Assembly (NCBI GenBank): GCA_041486365.1
Contig: JBGPLH010000016.1
Span: 1-19,020, forward strand
Length of the DNA stretch: 19,020 bases
Reading direction: 5' to 3'
Source: Thermodesulfobacteriota bacterium
GTDB lineage: Bacteria; JAUYMQ01
The position numbers and the translations under genes are program-made. This document shows positions 8,158 through 15,044 of this stretch, piece after piece; position 1 is the first letter of the stretch, and each line of letters starts with the position of its first letter. The notes under the pieces are model-generated. The model was not told the origin of the DNA and ran no database searches. It saw only the letters and a list, made by a program, of their open reading frames with translations.

Positions 8158-9873
8158 ATGAAGAGGGATGATGCGAAGAGGAGAAAGTCCAGGCACGACA
8201 TAGACTTGTCCAGACGCGCCTTCCTGGGCAGCGCGGCCATGCTCACTGCGGCGGGCAGCCTGCTGGGGACTCCCGGCGTGGCCGGGGCGGTACCGAAGCC
8301 CAACCTGGCCGGCCCGCTAGCCGGAAACCGCCGCCGCAACCAGGCCTTCCGGGCCCGCGTGGAGTCGGCGAACTTCAACCACCACCTGCCCATTCCGGCT
8401 CACCCCACCAACGGGGACGAGGCCCTCTATCCAGACCGGATAGGGAGCTACTCCAAGGGCCTCCCGCACAACAGCTTCGGCGAAGTGGACATGGTCGCCT
8501 ACAACGCGTTCATGCGGGCCTGCGCGACCGGGCTGCCCGCTGATTTCGAGGCGATCCCCTTGGGCTGCCCGAATCCCGCGCAGCAGATGAAGCTGGTCAA
8601 CCCGCAGGCGGGCCTCGCCTTCGACCTCGAGGGAACGGACTCCCATCAGTTCACCATGCGGGCGGCGCCGGCCTTCGCGAGCGCGGAGGAGGCGGGGGAG
8701 ATCGTCGAGAACTACTGGATGGCCCTCCTGCACGACGTCGCGTTCACGGACTACGGCACGAGCCCGATGGTCCAGGACGCCGCCGACGATCTCTCGGCGA
8801 TGTCCGACTTCCGCGGACCGAAGGTGGGCGGGAACGTGACTCCGGAAACGCTCTTCCGCGAAGACGTCCCCGGCGGACTCATGGGTCCCTACATCTCCCA
8901 GTTCCTCTGGCGTCCCGCGCCCTTCGGCGCGGAGTACGTCGAGAAGCGGATGCGCACCGTGGCGGCGGGCGTCGAATACATGACGGCCGCGGCCGACTGG
9001 CTGGACGTGCAGAATGGTTGCAAGCCGGCCGGGCCGCAATTCGATCCCACGCGGCGCTACATCCGCAACGGACGCGATCTGTCGCAGTGGGTGCACATCG
9101 ACGTGCTGTTCCAGGCCTACTTCGACGCGGCCCTGATCATCATGACGCCGCCCGATGCGACGGACACCGTCACGGGCGGCGGCATCGGCTGCCCTCCCAA
9201 CCCGGGTAACCCCTACATCGGCTCGCAGACCCAGGAAGGCTTCGGCACCTTCGGCGGGCCCTACTTCGCGACGATCCTGGCGGAAGTCTCGACGCGGGCG
9301 CTCAAGGCGGTGTGGTACCAGAAGTGGTTCCTGCACAGGCGGCTTCGGCCGGAGGCGTTCGCGGGGCATATCCATCACAAGATCGCGAGCGGCCGGAACT
9401 ACTCCATCCACGACGATGTCCTGAACTCGGACGCCCTCGCGGAGGTATTCTCCGAGCACGGGACCTACTTCCTGCCCATGGCCTTCCCGGAAGGATCACC
9501 CTTGCATCCCGCATACGGCGCGGGTCACGCTACCGTCGCGGGCGCCTGCGTGACGATCCTCAAGGCGCTCTTCAACGAGACATTCCCGGTCGCGAACCCC
9601 GTCGTCGCCTCCGCCGACGGCCTCTCGCTCGTCCCGTACGTCGGCCCCGACGCGGGCAGCCTCACGGTGGGCGGCGAGCTGAACAAGCTCGCGGTCAACG
9701 TGGCCTTCGGCCGCAACATCGCGGGCGTTCACTGGCGCACGGACGGGGGCGAGTCGATGCGCCTGGGCGAGGCCCTCGCCATCAGCATCCTGCGCGATCA
9801 GCGGGCGTGCTACAGCGAGGTCTTCGGGGGATTCACCTTCACGAAGTTCGACGGGACGACGATCACGGTGTGA
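8158..9873 (+). CDS. Tat-exported vanadium-dependent haloperoxidase family protein (PAP2 superfamily)
   Basis: A GGGAG RBS lies at 8142-8146 and the ATG at 8158. A twin-arginine signal is present (LSRRAFLGSAAMLTAAGSLLGTPGVAGA). The three PAP2/V-HPO motifs are KWFLHRRLRP, HPAYGAGHAT and GRNIAGVHWRTD. The last resembles the GVHWRFD vanadate-His region of fungal/bacterial V-haloperoxidases. The 6835-9873 ORF-track entry is an off-frame artefact for its first 1.3 kb. Confidence 0.65.
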   Translation: MKRDDAKRRKSRHDIDLSRRAFLGSAAMLTAAGSLLGTPGVAGAVPKPNLAGPLAGNRRRNQAFRARVESANFNHHLPIPAHPTNGDEALYPDRIGSYSKGLPHNSFGEVDMVAYNAFMRACATGLPADFEAIPLGCPNPAQQMKLVNPQAGLAFDLEGTDSHQFTMRAAPAFASAEEAGEIVENYWMALLHDVAFTDYGTSPMVQDAADDLSAMSDFRGPKVGGNVTPETLFREDVPGGLMGPYISQFLWRPAPFGAEYVEKRMRTVAAGVEYMTAAADWLDVQNGCKPAGPQFDPTRRYIRNGRDLSQWVHIDVLFQAYFDAALIIMTPPDATDTVTGGGIGCPPNPGNPYIGSQTQEGFGTFGGPYFATILAEVSTRALKAVWYQKWFLHRRLRPEAFAGHIHHKIASGRNYSIHDDVLNSDALAEVFSEHGTYFLPMAFPEGSPLHPAYGAGHATVAGACVTILKALFNETFPVANPVVASADGLSLVPYVGPDAGSLTVGGELNKLAVNVAFGRNIAGVHWRTDGGESMRLGEALAISILRDQRACYSEVFGGFTFTKFDGTTITV

Positions 9874-9898
9874 TCGCGGACCTGGGCCGTTCCGGAAG

Positions 9899-9927
9899 GG
9901 CGCCGCTCTCGCGGCGCCTTTCTCGTT
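9899..9927 (+). terminator. rho-independent terminator downstream of haloperoxidase gene
   Basis: GGCGCCGC-TCTC-GCGGCGCC hairpin (9899-9918) followed by TTTCTCGTT. Confidence 0.6.
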
Positions 9928-10037
9928 GGGGGCGCGAGGTTGCCGCTGCGCCCGCGTGCCGGGGACGCCCGTCCTGCGGGGAGGGCGAGGCTCCTGCCGA
10001 GCCGGCGTTGTGACAGAAGCGCCCGCTCGAGCGAAAC

Positions 10038-10871
10038 TCACCTTGGATTCAGCCAGTCAAAGTGGCATCCCAAAATCCATCGTCGCATATACTCTCGATT
10101 GTTCCGCTCGCGCTCTTCCCGAAACCTTTTCGCCGGATTGCGTCCCTCTCTCAATAGCCGTTCGTCTTCTTGGATAGCCCCTTCGATGGTGCGATCCACA
10201 TCCCCTTGACGAAAAGGTTCCCTCTCATGGAGCCGGATGACACGCCCAGCCAAACTATCGGGTCCAGGCTGTGGTCCCTTCTGAGGTTCTTGGGCGTTGC
10301 GCTTGATACCCGTTCTTCCTGCTCCATTCTTGCCGTGGGTGGACGAGGCAGAACCCATCCTTCCTTGCGGCCGCTGCGGACTGGTATAGCCAAGGACGAG
10401 GATGTTGCTTATTCGCAGCCCTTCGATCCCGCTGATCATGGGAAGCAAGCGTTTGGTAACATAGTCCCACCTGAGTTCTTTCCCATTTCCCGCAATGAAC
10501 GGATTCCCCATCTCTAGGTTGTCCGGGATGATCAAACACCCGAATGCGCGACCGTCACTTGGTATCGTTTCTGCATAGGCCATCATCTTCAGCAAGTCGA
10601 ATTCAAGCCGGTTTGCTTCCTTCTCGATCTCGACTGAGATGTGGTCCTGGCCCTGGATGATCCGGAGATCATCCTTGAATCGACGACCGGGCAGTATTCG
10701 CTCCTCAAGGCGAACATCGATTCCCTGTCCCTTCAAATAGAGGAACAAGAGCTCATCCAGACGTTTTGCGTCCTCTTCGACCGCTTTGCGGACCCCAGTC
10801 TTGAGACACTCGAAGATCGAAGAGGGTAACGTAGGGGTGCCGCGCCAGTAGTAGTGGTCAACCAGTGACAT
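10038..10871 (-). CDS. hypothetical protein on low-GC island; N-terminal ~165 aa coherent, C-terminal ~110 aa low-complexity/possibly degenerate; weak restriction-endonuclease-like (E-x-E acidic cluster) resemblance
   Basis: ATG at 10869-10871 with an AAAGGGGA RBS, 3 nt after the hxlR stop. Local GC is about 48-55% versus about 70% in the flanks. The N-terminal region (DHISVEIEKEANRLEFDLLKMM...GCLIIPDN) loosely resembles the E-F-E-x-G-N / hydrophobic core of BamHI/BglII-type REases, recalled from memory. The C-terminal half is Arg/Gly/Pro-rich and overlapped by alternative-frame ORFs, suggesting frameshift or decay. Confidence 0.4.
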   Translation of the reverse strand: MSLVDHYYWRGTPTLPSSIFECLKTGVRKAVEEDAKRLDELLFLYLKGQGIDVRLEERILPGRRFKDDLRIIQGQDHISVEIEKEANRLEFDLLKMMAYAETIPSDGRAFGCLIIPDNLEMGNPFIAGNGKELRWDYVTKRLLPMISGIEGLRISNILVLGYTSPQRPQGRMGSASSTHGKNGAGRTGIKRNAQEPQKGPQPGPDSLAGRVIRLHEREPFRQGDVDRTIEGAIQEDERLLREGRNPAKRFREERERNNREYMRRWILGCHFDWLNPR

Positions 10872-10874
10872 AAA

Positions 10875-11213
10875 CTATCCCCTTTTCCCTCCACGTCTCG
10901 CCCACCGTTTCGCCCAGGCGTCGAGATCGGCCAGTTCCCGGAGCAGGATCTTCCCCTCGGCGGTGAGGGCGTAGCCGCCTCCTTCCAGGGCCGTGACGAT
11001 CCCCGCTTCACGCAACTCCGCGAGGCGCTGGTTCAGCACGCTCGGCGACATCGCCTCGCAGGACTCCCGCAACTGGCGAAACGTGAGCGACCGCTCTCGC
11101 AGCTCCCAGAGGATCCGGAGCGCCCAGCGCCGGCCCAGGAGATCGAGCAGCGCCATGATGGGCCGCCCCGTCCGCGATCCCCGGACCTTCCGTCCCGGCT
11201 TTGGCGCCGCCAT
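10875..11213 (-). CDS. HxlR-family winged-helix transcriptional regulator
   Basis: 112 aa. ALLDLLGRRWALRILWELRERSLTFRQLRE...LNQRLAELREAGIV matches the HxlR/DUF24 pattern. A GGGAGG RBS lies 3-5 nt upstream of the ATG at 11211-11213. The gene is divergent from a CMD-family gene, which is the typical HxlR arrangement. Confidence 0.8.
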   Translation of the reverse strand: MAAPKPGRKVRGSRTGRPIMALLDLLGRRWALRILWELRERSLTFRQLRESCEAMSPSVLNQRLAELREAGIVTALEGGGYALTAEGKILLRELADLDAWAKRWARRGGKRG

Positions 11214-11228
11214 GCCCCTCCCTTGCGC

Positions 11229-11280
11229 TACGATTTCAGTAGTGCTAGCATCTGCTATTGAAACCGTAGCACATGCTATC
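11229..11280. promoter_or_regulatory. AT-rich divergent hxlR/CMD control region with nested palindromes (candidate HxlR operator)
   Basis: Inverted repeat TTTCAGTAG(11235-11243)/CTATTGAAA(11255-11263). Perfect palindrome TGCTAGCA(11243-11250). TAGCAcaTGCTA palindrome at 11267-11278. Possible -35 TTGCGC / -10 TAGCAT for the + strand. Confidence 0.4.
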
Positions 11281-11335
11281 CTGCCACGCCGCGAAGCGCA
11301 ACCGCGCGCCGCTGCCCTCGTCCAGGGAGTCCGTC

Positions 11336-11947
11336 ATGACCACATCCCGTATCAAGCCCCTCGAGCCCCCCTACGCCCCGGAGATCGCCGCAGCCCTCGC
11401 GAAGATGATGCCCCCGGGCTCGCCCGTGGAGCCGCTCCGTCTCTTCCGGACGCTGGCGCATAACTTCATGATAGGGGATCGGTTTCGCGTGCTCGGCAGC
11501 GGGATCCTGAACAAGGGATCGATCGACGCGCTCGACCGCGAGATCGTGATCCTGCGCACGACCGCCCGCTGCGGCTCCGAGTACGAGTGGGGCGTGCACG
11601 TAGTGGCCTACGGCCGGCCGCTGGGGCTCTCGGAGGATCAGATCGTCGCCACCGCGAACGGCGCTTCGGACGACCCGGCCTTCACGGCGCGGCAGGGGCT
11701 ACTCGTGCAATTGGCCGACGCGTTGCACGAGGAAGCGGCGGTGTCGGACGATCTGTGGCGCGATCTAGAAAAGGCCTGGACTGCGGCGCAGCTCATCGAG
11801 CTGCTCGTGACGGCGGGCTTCTACCACATCGTTTCGTTTGTCACGAACGCCGCGCGGGTCGAGCGTGAGGATTGGGCGGAGCGGTTTCCGGCCCGCCGGA
11901 CAATCACACCTCCGCCGCGTACGGCGGCGCCGGGTCATATTCCATGA
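11336..11947 (+). CDS. carboxymuconolactone decarboxylase (CMD/AhpD-like) family protein
   Basis: An AGGGAG RBS lies 7 nt upstream of the ATG at 11336 (MTTSRIKPLEPP...). The motifs RTLAHNFMIGDRF, the Cys in ILRTTARCGSEYEWGVH and the downstream helices resemble AhpD-like CMD proteins. The 3' end overlaps the convergent DJ-1 gene by 44 bp. Confidence 0.7.
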   Translation: MTTSRIKPLEPPYAPEIAAALAKMMPPGSPVEPLRLFRTLAHNFMIGDRFRVLGSGILNKGSIDALDREIVILRTTARCGSEYEWGVHVVAYGRPLGLSEDQIVATANGASDDPAFTARQGLLVQLADALHEEAAVSDDLWRDLEKAWTAAQLIELLVTAGFYHIVSFVTNAARVEREDWAERFPARRTITPPPRTAAPGHIP

Positions 11948-12500
11948 AACGCTGGATCGCGCGGGCCGTGTCCACGCCCCAGAGCTGGCCGGACACCCAC
12001 AGGGCCATGTCGATGCCGGCGGACACGCCCGCCGAGGTCACGACGTTTCCGTCGCGCACGTAACGCACCTTCTCCAGCACCGTGGCGTCGGGCGCGATCT
12101 GGCGCAGCGTATCGATGAAGGTCCAGTGGGTCGTGATCCGCTTCCCGCGGGCGAAGCCGCTTCCGTACAGGAGCTGCGAGCCCGTGCACACGCTGGTCAC
12201 CCAGGCGCAGCGCGCACCCGCCTTGCGCAGCCAGTCGAGAAGGACCGGGTTTTCCATCTCGGCCAGGGTGCCCTGCCCGCCGGGCACGAGGACGACGTCG
12301 AGCTCGGGCGCATCGTCGAAGGTGTGGTCCGGGATCACGCGCAGCCCCTTCGCGCAGCGGACGGGCTCGCGGGTCTGGGCGATCGTTACCACCCGAACGT
12401 CCTCCCGCAGGTGCGTCGCCATCGTGAAGACTTCCCAGGGGCCCGCGAAGTCGAGCTCCTCGGCGTCGGGGAACAGCATGATTCCGATGGTCGTGCTCAC
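11904..12500 (-). CDS. DJ-1/PfpI family protein (isocyanide-hydratase/glyoxalase-III-like)
   Basis: GTG start at 12498-12500 with a GGAGG RBS 6 nt upstream (MSTTIGIMLFPDAEELDFAGPWEVF). Nucleophile elbow SVCTGSQLL. C-terminal EYDPAPPYAAEV. It is buried in the spurious 594-aa ORF 11904-13688. The start overlaps the GlxA stop (GTGA). Confidence 0.75.
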   Translation of the reverse strand: MSTTIGIMLFPDAEELDFAGPWEVFTMATHLREDVRVVTIAQTREPVRCAKGLRVIPDHTFDDAPELDVVLVPGGQGTLAEMENPVLLDWLRKAGARCAWVTSVCTGSQLLYGSGFARGKRITTHWTFIDTLRQIAPDATVLEKVRYVRDGNVVTSAGVSAGIDMALWVSGQLWGVDTARAIQRFMEYDPAPPYAAEV

Positions 12501-13519
12501 GGGGTACCTCCTTGTGCGTGAGAGGCGCGCTGGAAGCGGCTGCGATAGGCGGCCGGACCGACGCGAAGGGTGCGAAGAAACGCGCGGCGCATGGACTCCG
12601 CGCTGCCGAAGCCGCAGGCGGCGGCAAGGGCGTCCATGCCCTGCGACGATTGCTCGAGCCTGCGCCGCGCCGCCTCCACGCGGGCGCGCTCCACGAAGCG
12701 GGCGGGGGTGACGCCCGTCTCGGCGGCGAAGACGCGGGCGAAGTGACGAGGGCTCATGGCTGCGCGCCGGGCGAGCGCCTGGATGGAACAATCGGCGCCG
12801 GGGTGATCGAGAATCCACGCCTGCAGATCCCGGAGCGGCTCCCGTTCGGGGATCTGGGCCGAGAGCTGGGCGCTGAACTGGGACTGCCCGCCCGGGCGCT
12901 TCAGGAAGACGACGAGCCACTTCGCCACCAGGAGCGCGAGATCCCGCCCGTGATCCTCTTCCACGAGGGCGAGCGCGAGGTCCATCCCGGCGGTGACTCC
13001 CGCGGAGGTGTAGAGACGCCCGTCGCGGACGAAGATCGGGTCCGGCTCCACTTTCACGCGGGGGTAGCGTCGCGCCAGCGCGTCGCAGGATGCCCAGTGG
13101 GTGGTGGCGCGGCGGCCGTCCAGGAGCCCCGCCTCGGCGAGCAAGAAGGCGCCGGTGCACACCGATCCGGCGCGACGGGCGCGCGGGGCGGCGCGACGGA
13201 TCCAGTCGACGAGCGCGCGGTCGGCCGTGGCGGCGCGAGTCCCCTGGCCCCCGGCGACGATCAGCGTGTCGATGGGGAAGCGAACTCTTCCGAGGGTGGT
13301 CGCCGGGCCGATCTCGATCCCGTTGCTCATCCGGACGGAACCGCCGCGGGTCGCCGCGATCCCGATGCGGTAGGCCGCGGGCGATTCGCCGTTCGTGCGC
13401 TCGAGGATCCGGGTCGCCATCGAGAAGACCTCGAGGGGCCCGATCACGTCGAGGATCTGGGCGTCGGGAAAGGCGGCCATGACCACCGATCGGGTTGTCC
13501 CTTTTCTCTGATGCTCCAT
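12497..13519 (-). CDS. GlxA-family transcriptional regulator (DJ-1/PfpI-like N-terminal domain + AraC-type HTH)
   Basis: 340 aa. The DJ-1-like domain includes Cys in GSVCTGAFLLAEAGLL. The C-terminal AraC HTH reads IQALARRAAMSPRHFARVFAAETGVTPARFVERARVEAARRRL. A GAGGGAG RBS lies 7 nt upstream of the ATG at 13517-13519. Confidence 0.8.
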   Translation of the reverse strand: MEHQRKGTTRSVVMAAFPDAQILDVIGPLEVFSMATRILERTNGESPAAYRIGIAATRGGSVRMSNGIEIGPATTLGRVRFPIDTLIVAGGQGTRAATADRALVDWIRRAAPRARRAGSVCTGAFLLAEAGLLDGRRATTHWASCDALARRYPRVKVEPDPIFVRDGRLYTSAGVTAGMDLALALVEEDHGRDLALLVAKWLVVFLKRPGGQSQFSAQLSAQIPEREPLRDLQAWILDHPGADCSIQALARRAAMSPRHFARVFAAETGVTPARFVERARVEAARRRLEQSSQGMDALAAACGFGSAESMRRAFLRTLRVGPAAYRSRFQRASHAQGGTP

Positions 13520-13719
13520 GGCGGCTCTCCCTCGGGGCGCGCAACGCGTGGAACCTGAGCCTCAGCCTACCCGGACGGCCGGATGGCCGCAATGACAAAG
13601 ACCCCTCGGATCCTGCCATTCCCGGAACAACTTGACTGGGGGTCGGAGGGCACGTAGGTCCTTGTCGGAAGGGGGATTCAGGAGCCACCTTCCCGCATCA
13701 GTCCCAGGAGGAGGTCCCG

Positions 13720-13947
13720 ATGATCGTCGTCCTGTTCCGGTCGCGGCTAGGCCCGGAGGCGGGGGAGGAGTACGGGGACGGGGAGCGCCTCTCGGTGATC
13801 GAGTTTGATTCAGAGGAACACCTGACGGCATGGCGCGAGCATCCCGACCATCGAAAGGCGCAGGTCCGGGGCCGGGAGAAGTTCTACACCGAGTATCGCC
13901 TGACGGTCGCGGAGACCATCCGGGATTACGGCTTCCGGCGAGACTAG
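13720..13947 (+). CDS. small ABM (antibiotic-biosynthesis-monooxygenase)-like / Dabb-fold protein, short (75 aa)
   Basis: Strong AGGAGGAGG RBS with the ATG at 13720. MIVVLFRSRLGPEAGEEY...VIEFDSEEHLTAWREHPDHRKA resembles the ABM-domain ends but is about 20-25 aa shorter than the canonical fold. Confidence 0.55.
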   Translation: MIVVLFRSRLGPEAGEEYGDGERLSVIEFDSEEHLTAWREHPDHRKAQVRGREKFYTEYRLTVAETIRDYGFRRD

Positions 13948-13953
13948 CGCGCG

Positions 13954-14823
13954 CTATTGCGCGGTGTTGAAGATCAGCGGCAGCCCGTCCTTCCCGGAGC
14001 CGATGATCACCACCTTCGCGTTCTGCGACGTGGCGATCTTCTCGGTGGCCTGGATCCCCTTCCAGCGCAGGAGCTGATCACTGATCCCCTCCACCACGAT
14101 CCGCTGGAAATCGGCGATCCCCCTGGCCTCGATCCGCTTCCGGTCGGCCTCCTGCTTCTCCTTGGTGAGGACGAACTGCATCCGCTGGCTCTCCTGCTCG
14201 GCCTGGAGCTTCGATTCGATCGACTGGGTGAGGCCGGGCGGAAGGATCACGCGCCGGAGCGGCACCGACTCCACGATCACACCGCGGGGCCCGGTCTGCT
14301 TCTCGAGGTCACGGAGGATGAGCTGGGAGAGGTGCTCCCGCTCAGAGGTATAGAGCGCCTTCGCGTCGTACTCTGCCGTCACGCCCCGGGTGACCGACCG
14401 GAACTGCGGCTCGAGGATCACGCCCGTGTAGAACCTTCCCACGGTCTTGTACACCTGGGGGGCTTTCTGCGCGTCGAGGTGGAACAGCACGCTCGTCTCC
14501 AGCCCCACGGTGAGCCCCTCGCGGGAAGGCACCTGCATCACTTCCTTGATCTCCTGCGTCTTGACAGACATCTTCACGACCCGCGCCAGCGGGTTCACCA
14601 CGTTGATTCCCGCGTGCAGGACCCGGGACGAGACGTTGCCGAAGAAGTCGATCACCCCGACGTTTCCCGCCGGCACCACCGTCAGCCACTGGGCGAGCGC
14701 GAGGAGCCCGGCGCCGGCCGCCACGATCAGGAGCACGGCGCGGCCCCGCTCCTGTGCTTGCCGCCCGCCGGCGTACAACCCGATGGAGCCGACCACGATC
14801 AGGACGCAGATGATGAACAGCAT
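13954..14823 (-). CDS. SPFH/band-7 (prohibitin/HflC-like) membrane protein
   Basis: 289 aa. N-terminal TM helix MLFIICVLIVVGSIGLYAGG. The SPFH core reads NVGVIDFFGNVSSRVL...VKMSVKTQEIKE...YKTVGRF...ILEPQFRSVTRGV. A coiled-coil Q/E/R-rich segment follows. A GGAGGGGAG RBS precedes the ATG at 14821-14823. It is buried in the spurious 972-aa ORF. Confidence 0.8.
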   Translation of the reverse strand: MLFIICVLIVVGSIGLYAGGRQAQERGRAVLLIVAAGAGLLALAQWLTVVPAGNVGVIDFFGNVSSRVLHAGINVVNPLARVVKMSVKTQEIKEVMQVPSREGLTVGLETSVLFHLDAQKAPQVYKTVGRFYTGVILEPQFRSVTRGVTAEYDAKALYTSEREHLSQLILRDLEKQTGPRGVIVESVPLRRVILPPGLTQSIESKLQAEQESQRMQFVLTKEKQEADRKRIEARGIADFQRIVVEGISDQLLRWKGIQATEKIATSQNAKVVIIGSGKDGLPLIFNTAQ

Positions 14824-14993
14824 GGTTCTCCCCTCCACCCGGCCTGCGCGGGGCCGCATTCCGCGCGGCGCGCGCGACCGGGTCGCGTGATGGTCCACCC
14901 CCGCCCGCGACGCCGCGGGCGAGGGGGAACCGTTCGGGTGCGCATCTTCGGCGAAGCGGGAGCGCGGCTCAAGAAGTATCGAGGCGGCCGCGC

Positions 14994-15025
14994 CCGAAAA
15001 GACGCCACCCGGCCGGAGGGCCGGG
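14994..15025 (-). terminator. candidate rho-independent terminator after acylase gene
   Basis: CCCGGCC-GGAG-GGCCGGG hairpin (15008-15025). On the minus strand it is followed by GTGGCGTCTTTTC. Confidence 0.45.
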
Positions 15026-15044
15026 GAGCGGATCCGGGCGGGTG

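Noticed and set aside
6835-9873. 1012-aa ORF in the six-frame track
   Set aside because: Its first ~440 aa (6835-8157) are Arg/Gly/Pro-rich nonsense lying out of frame over the WS/DGAT gene, which has real motifs in another frame. Only the part from the RBS-preceded ATG at 8158 (Tat signal onward) is a coherent protein.
11904-13688. 594-aa minus-strand ORF
   Set aside because: Composite read-through in 70% GC DNA. Only its last 198 codons (11904-12500) form the DJ-1 protein, with its own RBS+GTG. The upstream part is the wrong frame over the real GlxA-regulator gene (12497-13519).
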